Shown here: one piece after another, positions 10,880 to 21,426 of the stretch | Layout of the letters: the number at the start of each line of letters is the position of its first letter | How positions within the stretch are numbered: position 1 is the stretch's first letter | Assembly (NCBI GenBank): GCA_947465495.1 | Contig: CANIAS010000005.1 | Span: 8,427-72,426, forward strand | Length of the DNA: 64,000 nt | Reading direction: 5' to 3' | Source of the DNA: Candidatus Pollutiaquabacter sp. | GTDB lineage: Bacteria; Bacteroidota; Bacteroidia; AKYH767-A; 2013-40CM-41-45 | The notes under the pieces: model-generated | What the model saw: the letters and a program-made list of their open reading frames with translations, nothing else | Database searches by the model: none | Told to the model about the DNA's origin: nothing | Made by a program: the position numbers and the translations under genes

Positions 10880-12811
10880 ATGCTTACTTTTTCAACGGAT
10901 AAGTCGGTGCAGGACCGTATTGAGCAAGTTCTATTGTGCGTGGTGTTACTTGTAGCAGCTTACTTGCGATTTTATCACTTGGGTGATATTTCGTTCAACA
11001 ACGATGAACTGAGTGCCTTGACTCGTGCCAAGCATGCTACCTTCTCTGAAATGATAGAGAAAGGAGTTATGATCGACTATCATCCTGCTGGAGTTGAGGC
11101 CTTTATTTATTATTGGATTAAATGGTTGGGTGATGAAGTATGGATATTCCGCCTTCCATTTGTATTACTTTCCTTGGGATCTATTTATTTCATCTACCGG
11201 ATTGGTAAGGATTGGTTTCATGCTGCCGCTGGATTATTGGCTGCCGCATTTTTCGCGGTGTTGGAATTTCCATTACTCTATTCCATGCTGGCACGCATGT
11301 ATAGTCCGGGTTTGTTTTTTTCATTAGTGACCGTTTTTTATTGGACCCGTTGGATGAAAGCGGCGCTGACCGGTGACTCAGTTTCCCGAGTTGATGTAGT
11401 CGGTTTCATTGTTGCTATGGCACTTGGTGCGCATACACATTACTTTACCGTGGTGTTTCTTTTTTCAGTAGGCTTGACAGGGTGTTTCCTGCTGCCGCGA
11501 AAGCACCTTTTAGGTTATTTACTCGCATGCTCACTAGGTGCGCTTTCTTTCCTGCTGGAGCTGCGTGTGTTTTTTACTCAAATGGAAACGGGTGATCTGG
11601 GCGGCTGGTTAGGAAGACCTGAAAAATCGTTTCTGCTGGATTTTTTCTTCCATTTCTTTAACGACTCAAAATGGTTGTTGTTATTGTTGGCATTATCGTT
11701 CTTTCCATGGTTAAAAGGTGCCAAGTATAAATCCATTTCCACCCGATTCCGTTGGGCGGGTATTTCCTGGTTCTTGTTTTCATTCTTGCTCGGGTATTCA
11801 TATTCTATTCTACGACATCCTGCGCTTCAGTACTCAACCCTGCTTTTCAGTGCACCATTTTTCATGTTAACCCTGCTTTCTTTTTTACCAGAAACCTTTT
11901 ACACCGGAATTCGATTGGTGCTATTGATTTTTAGCTGGTTGTTGGCTGGTACTGTAAGTACGGTTTTTGGAAGGAATTATTACGAGACACCTCCCTTTGG
12001 TGTTTTTAAAGAAGTGGCTGCTGATCTCTCACGGTGGAATGCTACTTATGATTCGGATCGTGTAACAGCAGTAGTGAATGTGATTAATCCTGAGTACATC
12101 CGTTATTATTTTCGTCGGACAACGCACGCACCGAAAGATGTGCTTTATAAAATAGAATCATCCAAAGATTTGGCGAGTCTACGTGCCCAAATAGATACGT
12201 CAACGGTTGGTTATTTTGCCTATGCATGGACCAATAATATACATCCCTATGAAATTGTATCTATAATTAGATCCAGGTTCCCGGTGGTGGTTGAGGTGCG
12301 TCATTACTACAATGCCGAAACCTGGCTTTTCGGTCGCGGTCAGGCCCCTGACGATGCTTTAGCATCGTGGCAAATGACATACGATGAAGGCTGGACCGCC
12401 TTGGGAATGGTTTTCGACTCAACTTCAGTGAGTCCGCCAGGCTTGATTCGATTTACTCCGGAGCGCGATTTTACAGAGTCCATAAAAGCCAAAATTGCTG
12501 ACCCCGTCGATTCTTTTCAGGTAGTTTATAGTTCTGTTTGGTTTCGTTCGTTGGATACAACCAGCAATGCGACGCTGGACCTTAAGTTTGAAAAAGATGG
12601 TCAGGTGCTGCTATACGACAATGTTCGCTTGAATGATTTTAATTTGAACCCAGGGAAATGGCAGCAGGCCTTTCTCGCTTCTACGGTACCTCAGCACGAA
12701 GACTCCCTGGAGCTCAAAGTCTACGTTTGGAACTCCGATAAATCTACTTTTGACGTGGATAACCTTTCGGCAAAACTCTTTTCTGAGGTTGATCCATATC
12801 TCAGGAAATGA
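10880..12811 (+). CDS. Integral membrane protein, glycosyltransferase family 39/83-like (ArnT/PMT-type) with a C-terminal soluble domain
   Basis: 643 aa. Roughly 11 predicted TM helices in the N-terminal 360 aa, with an early loop motif (RFYHLGDISFNNDELSAL...DYHP) like the GT-C ArnT/PMT families. Confidence 0.45.
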   Translation: MLTFSTDKSVQDRIEQVLLCVVLLVAAYLRFYHLGDISFNNDELSALTRAKHATFSEMIEKGVMIDYHPAGVEAFIYYWIKWLGDEVWIFRLPFVLLSLGSIYFIYRIGKDWFHAAAGLLAAAFFAVLEFPLLYSMLARMYSPGLFFSLVTVFYWTRWMKAALTGDSVSRVDVVGFIVAMALGAHTHYFTVVFLFSVGLTGCFLLPRKHLLGYLLACSLGALSFLLELRVFFTQMETGDLGGWLGRPEKSFLLDFFFHFFNDSKWLLLLLALSFFPWLKGAKYKSISTRFRWAGISWFLFSFLLGYSYSILRHPALQYSTLLFSAPFFMLTLLSFLPETFYTGIRLVLLIFSWLLAGTVSTVFGRNYYETPPFGVFKEVAADLSRWNATYDSDRVTAVVNVINPEYIRYYFRRTTHAPKDVLYKIESSKDLASLRAQIDTSTVGYFAYAWTNNIHPYEIVSIIRSRFPVVVEVRHYYNAETWLFGRGQAPDDALASWQMTYDEGWTALGMVFDSTSVSPPGLIRFTPERDFTESIKAKIADPVDSFQVVYSSVWFRSLDTTSNATLDLKFEKDGQVLLYDNVRLNDFNLNPGKWQQAFLASTVPQHEDSLELKVYVWNSDKSTFDVDNLSAKLFSEVDPYLRK

Positions 12812-12855
12812 TTTTCTTTGCCAAGTTAAAATTTCATGAATTAAAATAGTCTGCT

Positions 12856-14490
12856 ATGATAAAGCCCATCCTTGAAGTTGCACGTGAACTTGGAATTCGT
12901 GAAAGCGAGTTCATTCCATATGGTCGTGCAAAGGCAAAAATTGAAATGCCTACTTTTGATGAGGAGCGCATTCGTAGAAGCAAGTTGATCTTAGTTACAT
13001 CGATAACGCCTACGAAGTCGGGCAATGGTAAGACAACTACTTCCATCGGTATTGCAGATGGTCTTCGTAAAATCGGCAAGAAATCTGTACTTGCATTGCG
13101 TGAGCCTTCTTTGGGCCCTGTTTTCGGAATGAAAGGCGGAGCTACCGGTGGCGGAAAGTCGCAAGTAACACCAGCTGCTGAGATTAACTTGCATTTCAAC
13201 GGGGATTTTCATGCCATTACATCCGCCAACAATACGTTGTCGGCATTGCTCGATAATTTCAATTATTTTAACAAAGGAACTGCACGTGAATTGCGTGAAG
13301 TACTCTGGCGCCGCGTGCAAGATGTCAACGACCGTTCGCTGCGTTACGTGATTACTGGTTTGAATGGCAACAAGAATGGCATTCCTGCTGAAACAGGTTT
13401 CGATATCACACCAGCTTCAGAACTCATGGCCATTTTATGCCTTTCTCGCGACATGGATGATCTTCGTGCACGCATCGATCGGATACTATTGGGTTACCAA
13501 GCAGATGGATCTCCGCTTACGGTCAAGGAGCTTGGAGTTGGCGGATCAATCATGGCGTTGATGAAGGATGTGCTTGCGCCGAATTTGGTGCAAACTTTTG
13601 AAGGCACTCCTGCATTCATACATGGCGGTCCGTTTGCAAACATTGCGCATGGATGTAATTCCATCATGGCTACTAAAGCCGCTATGCATTACGGCGAGTA
13701 TGCGGTAACTGAAGCCGGTTTTGGCAGTGATCTTGGTGCAGAGAAGTTCTTAGACATCAAATGCCGCATCGCTGGTATCACGCCTTCGCTGAGCGTGTTG
13801 GTGGTTACTTTGCAGTCTTTCCGTTTGCACGGTGGAGTAAAAAATGCAGACCTGAAGCAACCAAATATGGACGCCCTAACGAAAGGACTACGAAATCTAG
13901 AGCGTCACATAGATAATCTTAGCTCCTTTGGTCAGAAGGTGCTGGTCGCCTTGAATAAATTCGATACTGATCCGCAGGATGAGATCGATTATATCCGTCG
14001 TTGGTGTGATGATCGTACGGTCGCCTTCGCCATAAATGAAGCCTATGCAAAAGGTGGAGATGGTGCTGTGGAAATGGCTGAGAAAATTGTTGAGCTCACT
14101 TCGATGGATGAATTACCGGCAATCCATTACGCCTATGAACTGCAAGATGACATTGTTTCTAAAATCGAAAAGGTGGTTCGCCGTGTCTACGGTGGTGATG
14201 GTATAGTTCTTTCTAAAAAGGCTAAGGGCCGCTTGAAACGCATGGACGCGTTGGGATTTAGTCAGTTGCCAGTATGCATTGCTAAAACGCAGTACTCATT
14301 TACCGATAAACCCGAAGAAGTACGTACCTACGAAGGTTTTACCATCACTGTAGATGATCTGGTGATTAATAGCGGCGCAGGTTTCATTGTTGCGGTGTGC
14401 GGTGAAATGGTTCGAATGCCCGGTTTGCCCGAAATTCCAAGTGCATTTAACATTGACGTTGTTAATGGTGAGATTGTCGGTTTGTCCTAA
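12856..14490 (+). CDS. fhs: Formate--tetrahydrofolate ligase
   Basis: 544 aa. Matches the FTHFS signature region TPTKSGNGKTTTSIGIADGL and the conserved C-terminal region. Confidence 0.92.
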   Translation: MIKPILEVARELGIRESEFIPYGRAKAKIEMPTFDEERIRRSKLILVTSITPTKSGNGKTTTSIGIADGLRKIGKKSVLALREPSLGPVFGMKGGATGGGKSQVTPAAEINLHFNGDFHAITSANNTLSALLDNFNYFNKGTARELREVLWRRVQDVNDRSLRYVITGLNGNKNGIPAETGFDITPASELMAILCLSRDMDDLRARIDRILLGYQADGSPLTVKELGVGGSIMALMKDVLAPNLVQTFEGTPAFIHGGPFANIAHGCNSIMATKAAMHYGEYAVTEAGFGSDLGAEKFLDIKCRIAGITPSLSVLVVTLQSFRLHGGVKNADLKQPNMDALTKGLRNLERHIDNLSSFGQKVLVALNKFDTDPQDEIDYIRRWCDDRTVAFAINEAYAKGGDGAVEMAEKIVELTSMDELPAIHYAYELQDDIVSKIEKVVRRVYGGDGIVLSKKAKGRLKRMDALGFSQLPVCIAKTQYSFTDKPEEVRTYEGFTITVDDLVINSGAGFIVAVCGEMVRMPGLPEIPSAFNIDVVNGEIVGLS

Positions 14491-14562
14491 GCTGTTATCC
14501 TTATAGTAGCAACTGCAGTTTGGTTAATAGCTGCTATTCACTGGTTGTCAGTGGTAAGTTGT

Positions 14563-16467
14563 TTATTCCGCTACTGCTTTTGATCCGTAGAGTTGCTTTC
14601 CGTATTTGCGCGAAGGTGAAGGAAGTTTGGGTCCTAATCCCAATTGATTCCATTTACTGTCGATGGATTCAATCGTCTTCGTATCCATGGCTAAAATATT
14701 TGGCCAGTCCCGCTGGAAGTTATCAAATTCCTTGGTCTTGCGAGTTCCATCCATGACGAGATGTGAAGTTCCTGGGTGCAACTTTGACGGGATAATGATG
14801 GAGTCTCTTTTGGGGTCCACGTTATTGGAAAAGCGCCAGATGGAATCGCCTACATCGTTGATATCAACCGTGTGTTCCAGGAAAATGATCAACTTAATTG
14901 AGGCAAGCTGCTCCAATGCAAACAAGTCTTCCGCCAATTCTCGCAAATGGTTTTTACGATTCTTTTGAACGGCCATTAATATCATTGATATGCCCGTGCT
15001 CAATGGTGCAGCATTAATGTTTTTTATTTCAGGGTAAAGTTTCATGATGAATGCACTGTCTAGTCCAGCCTGGGTTTTGGTACTGGTGGAATGATTGCGC
15101 ATCGCTGATTCTTCAGGAGCTTTTGCGGTTGCATCAATTCCGATTTTGCCACCAAATGCCATCACCGAACAGCTATGGTCTAAAACGTCAACAGGTCCGG
15201 AGGAGAAGTAGGTGTCGTGTTCCGGATCAAAATTTTCGGATACATAACGTGCCACTTCTTGGGGATCGTGAATGTTCACTTCGCCATCTACTACCACCAT
15301 CATTTTAGTAAACATCATTTGTCCTGCACCCCATAATGAATGCATCACTTTTGAAGCTTGTCCGGGGTATTCTTTTTTAATTTTTACAATGACAAGGTTA
15401 TGGAATACTCCTTCCATGGGTAAAACCATGTCTACGATCTCGGGCACCATCGTCATCTTGATGGGTACTAAAAAGATGCGTTCTGTTGCTTTGCCGATCC
15501 ATGCGTCTTCTTGTGGTGGAATACCTACAATTGTGGCTGGGAAGACCGCGTTTTTGCGATGGGTAATACAAGTGACATGAAATTTCGGATAGAAGTCGGG
15601 GAGGGAGTAATATCCTGTATGATCACCGAAAGGACCCTCGAGAATGAAATCTTCGTTCGGGTCTACATACCCTTCGATGATGATGTCTGCATCAGCTGGC
15701 ACCTGTAAATCTTGCGTGAGGCATTGTACAAGTTCCACTTTTTTCTTTCGAAGAAACCCTGCCAGCATATATTCGTCCACACCGTCGGGAAGTGGAGCCG
15801 TCGCAGCATAAGTGTAAGCGGGGTCTCCTCCAAGTGCTACTGCTACTGGCATTTTTTGCCCCAACTTTTTATATTCATTCATGTGACGTGCACTTACCTT
15901 ATGGCGATGCCAATGCATACCAGTCATCGTAGGGCCAAACACTTGCATGCGGTACATGCCTACATTGCGTATGCCAGTATGTGGATCCTTGGTGTGAATC
16001 ACGGGTAACGTAACAAACGGACCGCCATCTTCTGGCCAGCACGTCAGTACAGGTAATTTGGTGAGGTCAGGATCTTTCATGACCACCTCTTGGCAGCTGC
16101 CTCTTCCGCTAATCACTTTGGGCATCCAGGAGGCAATAGTGCCAAGTTTGGGCAGCATTTTTAATTTATCCAATATCGAGTCTTTGGGAGACATCAGCTC
16201 CTTGAATAGGCCTTCCATGTCGCTGGCAATATCGTCGAGTTTTTCCACGCCTAAGGCCATTGCCATTCTCTTTTCGGTTCCCATGGAATTTATCAGGACG
16301 GGAAATCCGGTGCCTGTGTTTTCAAATAACAAGGCAGGACCATAAACTTTTGAAATCCGGTCGGTTACTTCTGTGATTTCCAGGTTGGGGTCTACAAACT
16401 CTTTGATTCTTACAAGTTCCCCTGCTTTTTCTAAAGTCTCGATCCAATGTTGTGTGCTCCTGTACAT
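14563..16467 (-). CDS. UbiD-family decarboxylase (menaquinone/ubiquinone-type aromatic acid decarboxylase)
   Basis: 634 aa. The N-terminus MYRSTQHWIETLEKAGELVRIKEFVDPNLEITEV is typical of UbiD. It is an enlarged Bacteroidota-type UbiD homolog. Confidence 0.8.
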   Translation of the reverse strand: MYRSTQHWIETLEKAGELVRIKEFVDPNLEITEVTDRISKVYGPALLFENTGTGFPVLINSMGTEKRMAMALGVEKLDDIASDMEGLFKELMSPKDSILDKLKMLPKLGTIASWMPKVISGRGSCQEVVMKDPDLTKLPVLTCWPEDGGPFVTLPVIHTKDPHTGIRNVGMYRMQVFGPTMTGMHWHRHKVSARHMNEYKKLGQKMPVAVALGGDPAYTYAATAPLPDGVDEYMLAGFLRKKKVELVQCLTQDLQVPADADIIIEGYVDPNEDFILEGPFGDHTGYYSLPDFYPKFHVTCITHRKNAVFPATIVGIPPQEDAWIGKATERIFLVPIKMTMVPEIVDMVLPMEGVFHNLVIVKIKKEYPGQASKVMHSLWGAGQMMFTKMMVVVDGEVNIHDPQEVARYVSENFDPEHDTYFSSGPVDVLDHSCSVMAFGGKIGIDATAKAPEESAMRNHSTSTKTQAGLDSAFIMKLYPEIKNINAAPLSTGISMILMAVQKNRKNHLRELAEDLFALEQLASIKLIIFLEHTVDINDVGDSIWRFSNNVDPKRDSIIIPSKLHPGTSHLVMDGTRKTKEFDNFQRDWPNILAMDTKTIESIDSKWNQLGLGPKLPSPSRKYGKQLYGSKAVAE

Positions 16468-16601
16468 GCTAGTTGGTTTAGTAAGCTAACAATCAAAGGT
16501 ACGTTTAGTTCGCAGGTTCAAAATCAATGCGATTGAAATGTATCTAGTTGGCTGTGAAATTAATGGCAAGAATCTATATCTTTCGCATACAGACCTAACC
16601 T

Positions 16602-19600
16602 ATGAAAAATATTCTCCACACTATTGTTGTGCTATTCTTGGTAAATACCTGTTTTGCTGCGGGACATCCTGAATATCAATCCAACAAAATTTACCTGGAG
16701 GCTGGACCTATCTTTACTACAAACGTAATTAGTGATCAGGTCCTGAACGATCATTCAACGGATGAATTTCATGGCCGCATTTACCGCTTGGTTCAGTTTA
16801 ATCATCCGTTGACGCTTTCAGATCGTACAAAGGTAGCGGCCTTTGGAATCCGACTGCTGAATTATATACCATATAACACATGGGTTGCTTCTATTCCAAT
16901 TGGTATTACGGTCAATGATTTACGTTCCTTACCTGTCCGCACGGTCTTGTATTTGCCATTGGAGGCCAAAAAAAGCAAACGCTTGCGTGATAATGATTTC
17001 CCTGATTACGCGGTGGTAGCTACCGGGCAAATTGATTTGAAGATTCGCTTGCAAGGCGATGTTGAAGTGAGTTCGGTTGAATCCTTATTGAAGTCCTTGC
17101 ACGTGCAGGTTTTATCCTCGCATCCACAACTCGGTTCGATAACGGTCAGAGTATTTCAGTCAGATATAGATCGGTTGGCTAGGCTTTCATTTGTGCGTTA
17201 TGCGGAGCCGATTTCAGGCCCTTCGATTCCAGAGGATACGCGCGGGCGTTCTTTGCATCGAAGCAATACGATTAATCAAGAGTTGATCTTTGGTCGTCAC
17301 TACAACGGTGATTCAGTCACTATTTCGTTGGCGGATGATGGTGAAGTGGGTCCGCACATTGATTTTCAAGGTCGCTTGATTTCATTAATGAACACTGGTC
17401 CTGGGGGGAATCATGGCGATATGACTTCAGGAATTGTCGTAGGTGCAGGTAATCTAGATCCTACCATCCGCGGAATGGCCGATGGAGCAACGATTCTTAT
17501 TCATGATATTGGTCCTTACGACCACATTTATAATTCTCCAGCATTTTTCAATCAGTATGGTGCTGTGATTACGTCTACAAGTTATAGTCAGGGCTGCAAT
17601 GATTACAATTCCGATTCCCAGGACGCCGATCAGTTGGCTTTTGATAATCGGTTGTTCACCTTCGTTTTTTCTGCTGGTAATCGTGGTCAAAGTGATTGCG
17701 GCTACGGTGCAGGATCTCCATGGGGCAGTATTACGGGAGGTATGAAAATCGGCAAGAACGTCATTTCATGTGCTAATCTAGATCCCTATGAGGTGATTGA
17801 CCCTACAAGTAGTAACGGTCCTGCAGACGATGGTCGTATCAAGCCGGAAATCGCTTCCAATGGTGCCGATCAATTATCTACTGATGAGTCCAATACCTAC
17901 CAGGTGGGTGGTGGCACCAGTGCCGCATGTCCTGGCATAGCCGGTGTCTCAGCGCAATTATACCAGGCCTACCGTTCCCTGTATAACAATAGCAATCCTG
18001 ATGGTGCCATCATCAAAAGTGTGTTGTTGAATTCAGCCCAGGATATCGGAAATACTGGTCCTGATTTCACGTACGGTTTTGGTCGCGTCAATGCTTTGCG
18101 TGCAGCCCGAACACTCGAAGAGGGGCGTTTCAGGATGGACTCTCTGTCTCATGGCGACTCGCTAGAATTTACGGTTCAAGTTCCTGCTGGTGCTCAACAA
18201 TTGAAAGTCATGCTTTACTGGCCAGAGGTTCCTGGCGATCCGGCCGCAGCTTTCCAATTAGTGAATGATATGGATGTTGAAGTAAGAAATCCTGGCGGAA
18301 CGGTTGAACTTCCCTGGATTTTGGATCCTACACCGAACGCAGTTTCGTTGGCTGCTCCTGCTGTAAAAGGCATTGATCATCTGAACAATGTTGAGCAAGT
18401 CGCGATTGACCTCCCAACAGCTGGAACGTACACAATCAAAATCAAAGGCTCGTTGGTTCCTTCGGGCATGCAGCGTTGCTACACCACCTGGGATATTGTT
18501 GAGTCGGCCATTACATTGACTTATCCATACGGAGGCGAATCATTTGTGCCTGGAACTACCGAGCTTTTGCGTTGGGATGCCGCTGGTACATCTGGGCAGT
18601 TCTCATTAGAGTACTCCCTCGATGCTGGATCGAACTGGATGCCTATGGTGACGTTAGGAGGTAATATACGTCAGTACGAATGGACAGTTCCCTCTGTGTT
18701 ATCCGATCAGGTGGTTGTTCGCATATCCCGCGGAGCAACTAGCGACCAATCCGATGGTTTTATTACAATACTGCCGCAACCACAGAATTTGGTGGTTGAC
18801 TTTGCGTGTGCTGATACCATGCAACTTAGCTGGACCGCGGCTCAGGGCATTTCTTCGTACCAGGTTTACAGACTTGGCCTAAAGTACATGGATCCTATTG
18901 CTGCGGTGACTGGGACATCGGTGCAACTTCCTATTCCGGGTAATTCGGAGGAATGGTTTAGCGTGGCTTCCGTTGGACCGTCAGGAGGGATGGGACGGCG
19001 CCTGGTTGCTATCCAGAAGCAAGCCGGATTGGTGAATTGCAGTTATGCATCGGATATAGCGGTATTGCAAATGATTAATCCGCAGGCGGGTCTCCTATAT
19101 CCATGTCAGAGTCTTTCTTCGGTACCGGTTACGGTTCAGTTGAGAAATGATGGATTGGCGGATGCGACCGGCTTTTCAATTTCCTATTCGATTAATGGCG
19201 GACCACCTGTGGTTGAGGTGTATAGTGGTTTGGTGCCCCATGGCGGATCTGTGAATTATACCTTCGGTTCTACGGTTGATTTTTCCACGCCAGGAACATA
19301 CAGCTTGGATGTGTCGGTCACATTGGCTGGCGATCAGAATTCACTGAACGATAACTTGTCCATATCCATTACAATAGGAGTTAATGCTTCAATTCCTTTC
19401 GCCGAGGATTTCCAGGGTGCGTTTTATCCGCCATCAGGTTGGTCCATTACCAATTCCGGTAGCGGATATCAATGGAGTCCTATGACTACCATTGGAAGTA
19501 ATGGCGCTTCTACGGTAGCGGCTTGGTTCGATGATTTTAGTTACAATGCACCCGGCGCAGAGGATGACATGGTCATGCCAGTTGCTGATTTTTCCGCGCT

Positions 19601-20192
19601 TACTCAACCGATTCTAACCTTCGATGTGGCATATGCGGTTTATGGGGCGGGCTATGACGATGGATTAAAAGTTGAAATTAGTACCGACTGTGGCGCTACT
19701 TTTCTACCGACCGGTTACCAAAAAATCGGTGCATCCCTTGCCACGGTGCCGTTATCTGCCACCGACTGGTTTCCTGCTGCTGCGACCGATTGGCGAAATG
19801 ATACGGTTCGGCTCGACGCATTTGTCGGCCAGTCGGTCATCTTAAAGTTTATCAATATTAACGATTATGGTAACAATCTTTTGGTAGATAATATACAATT
19901 GAAGGACAATGTTTTATCATCTATCAATGAAAGTAAAATAGAGGACGTTGTCTCGGTCTATCCGAATCCATTTTCAGGCCGTTTTTATCTCTCAGCCAAC
20001 GGTGTTTCCGGTGGGAGTGGCCAATTGGAGATCTATGATATGCAAGGCCGGATGTTATTGTCGAAGCCGGTGCTTGTACAGGGTGGCCGCGTTCAGGAAA
20101 CTATGGATATGACGATGCAGCCGTCAGGCATATACTTCGGACAATTAAAAAGCGCCACTGGAGTCCGATCATTCAGAATGATTAAACATTGA
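16602..20192 (+). CDS. S8 (subtilisin) family serine peptidase with T9SS type A C-terminal sorting domain
   Basis: 1196 aa with a signal peptide. Catalytic motifs: D in LADDGEV, H in HGDMTSGIV, S in GGTSAACPGIAG. The C-terminus VVSVYPNPFSGRFYLS...LEIYDMQGRMLLSK matches the Por_Secre_tail consensus. Confidence 0.85.
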   Translation: MKNILHTIVVLFLVNTCFAAGHPEYQSNKIYLEAGPIFTTNVISDQVLNDHSTDEFHGRIYRLVQFNHPLTLSDRTKVAAFGIRLLNYIPYNTWVASIPIGITVNDLRSLPVRTVLYLPLEAKKSKRLRDNDFPDYAVVATGQIDLKIRLQGDVEVSSVESLLKSLHVQVLSSHPQLGSITVRVFQSDIDRLARLSFVRYAEPISGPSIPEDTRGRSLHRSNTINQELIFGRHYNGDSVTISLADDGEVGPHIDFQGRLISLMNTGPGGNHGDMTSGIVVGAGNLDPTIRGMADGATILIHDIGPYDHIYNSPAFFNQYGAVITSTSYSQGCNDYNSDSQDADQLAFDNRLFTFVFSAGNRGQSDCGYGAGSPWGSITGGMKIGKNVISCANLDPYEVIDPTSSNGPADDGRIKPEIASNGADQLSTDESNTYQVGGGTSAACPGIAGVSAQLYQAYRSLYNNSNPDGAIIKSVLLNSAQDIGNTGPDFTYGFGRVNALRAARTLEEGRFRMDSLSHGDSLEFTVQVPAGAQQLKVMLYWPEVPGDPAAAFQLVNDMDVEVRNPGGTVELPWILDPTPNAVSLAAPAVKGIDHLNNVEQVAIDLPTAGTYTIKIKGSLVPSGMQRCYTTWDIVESAITLTYPYGGESFVPGTTELLRWDAAGTSGQFSLEYSLDAGSNWMPMVTLGGNIRQYEWTVPSVLSDQVVVRISRGATSDQSDGFITILPQPQNLVVDFACADTMQLSWTAAQGISSYQVYRLGLKYMDPIAAVTGTSVQLPIPGNSEEWFSVASVGPSGGMGRRLVAIQKQAGLVNCSYASDIAVLQMINPQAGLLYPCQSLSSVPVTVQLRNDGLADATGFSISYSINGGPPVVEVYSGLVPHGGSVNYTFGSTVDFSTPGTYSLDVSVTLAGDQNSLNDNLSISITIGVNASIPFAEDFQGAFYPPSGWSITNSGSGYQWSPMTTIGSNGASTVAAWFDDFSYNAPGAEDDMVMPVADFSALTQPILTFDVAYAVYGAGYDDGLKVEISTDCGATFLPTGYQKIGASLATVPLSATDWFPAAATDWRNDTVRLDAFVGQSVILKFININDYGNNLLVDNIQLKDNVLSSINESKIEDVVSVYPNPFSGRFYLSANGVSGGSGQLEIYDMQGRMLLSKPVLVQGGRVQETMDMTMQPSGIYFGQLKSATGVRSFRMIKH

Positions 20193-20227
20193 TGAACAAG
20201 AAATAGGCGGTAGGGTATCCGAAGTAA

Positions 20228-21241
20228 TTAGCGGATGGCCATTCCGTTCAGATCTTGATAGGCCAAATTCATTTCTTTCATGAGTTCATGCACAATCAAC
20301 TCGATCGGTTGAATTTTATCGATCAGCTCTACCGATTGACCCGCACACCACAAGCTCTTGTAGTTGCCAGGTATCATGGCCTTTTCCAGCCATGAAAATC
20401 CACGGCGTTGCACCAGCATCTTGAAGTATTTCTTGGTCTTTGGGTTCTTGCTTAACCATCTTTCTAGGCGGTTCTGATGCAGTCCTATTTTTTGTGCATA
20501 GGGAGTATTGATAATCGTACACGGTGTCCCGCTGATTCGATCGGTCATCACAATATCGTCCATTCTTGAATCAAGTATCGCTTTAGTATAATCAATTGAA
20601 ACATTTGATTCAGAAGAGGTAATGAATATAGTTCCGCAATATGCTGCGGAGGCGCCAGCAGCTAATGCGCTAAGAATTCCAGCCCCATCGCTAATGCCTC
20701 CTGCTGCCAATACTGGCACTTCGGGGAAGTGTTTTCGAAGTGATCGAACCAAGAGCGAAATCGGGAACGGTCCTGCATGCCCACCAGCTCCTTGTCCGAC
20801 CGCTACAAAGCCATCGCAACCGAGCGAATGGCATTTTTCAGCATGTGTCAGGTTGGTTACATCGCAGAATACTTTTGCCCCGTAACTGTGTGCCGCTTCA
20901 ATAGTGGTTTTCGGATTGCCCAGCGATGTGATGTAAACGGGCACACGATTTTTCACGCAAATGTCAAGGTGCTTTTGAAAAAACGGATTCGACTGTTGGA
21001 CGATTAGGTTGACTCCGTAGGATCCTCTGTATGCTGGATTCGTGGATCGGAATGCATTCAGCGAAATCAGCACCGATTCCAGTTGGTCGGCGTCGCGATA
21101 GTTTAAGCTAGGAAAGCAGCCAAGTATGCCTGACCGCATGGCTGCTTCGACCATTTTTTCATTTGAAACCAAAAACATAGGAGCCATCACCAACGGGTGA
21201 CGGATGCCTAGCATTCGGGTAAGGTTGTTTTCGAAATGCAT
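20228..21241 (-). CDS. Nitronate monooxygenase / NAD(P)H-dependent flavin oxidoreductase (NMO family)
   Basis: 337 aa TIM-barrel FMN-binding pattern: MAPMFLVSNEKMVEAA, GAKVFCDVTNLTHA and VLAAGGISDGAGILSALAAGASA. Confidence 0.8.
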   Translation of the reverse strand: MHFENNLTRMLGIRHPLVMAPMFLVSNEKMVEAAMRSGILGCFPSLNYRDADQLESVLISLNAFRSTNPAYRGSYGVNLIVQQSNPFFQKHLDICVKNRVPVYITSLGNPKTTIEAAHSYGAKVFCDVTNLTHAEKCHSLGCDGFVAVGQGAGGHAGPFPISLLVRSLRKHFPEVPVLAAGGISDGAGILSALAAGASAAYCGTIFITSSESNVSIDYTKAILDSRMDDIVMTDRISGTPCTIINTPYAQKIGLHQNRLERWLSKNPKTKKYFKMLVQRRGFSWLEKAMIPGNYKSLWCAGQSVELIDKIQPIELIVHELMKEMNLAYQDLNGMAIR

Positions 21242-21426
21242 GGTCAGTAGGTATTGCTCGAAGGTAGGATTGATTTCCTGGAAAAGCCATGATACGGGTT
21301 TGCCGTTAAAGGGTTCGGACCGGCTTTTTTTAACAGCTTGTATTGTTGATAATCACGGCTAAATGCTGTTTAATTTCATGTACTCCGAAGCGTGTGTCTC
21401 TGTATATTGTAAGCTTGAATAGTACT

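Noticed and set aside
14520-16345. Multiple plus-strand ORFs of 65-102 aa (e.g. 14663..14968, 15272..15580, 16058..16345) inside the ubiD-family gene
   Set aside because: They are antisense to a strongly supported 634-aa CDS, short, and without motifs. These are typical shadow ORFs. The same judgement applies to the many 60-130 aa antisense ORFs inside the other large genes (gltA, porU, the adhesin, and so on).
16468-16601. GGTTCAAAATC motif resembling a tRNA T-loop in the ubiD / S8 peptidase intergenic region
   Set aside because: There is no complementary acceptor-stem pairing, no anticodon-arm structure around it, and an extra base relative to the GGTTCRAATCC consensus. It is not a tRNA.
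21242-21426. Weak stem followed by TTTTTTT (~21285-21322) upstream of fadD
   Set aside because: The stem pairs only about 4 bp (gccg/cggc) with mismatches, and no upstream plus-strand gene needs terminating. It is more likely an AT-rich promoter region.
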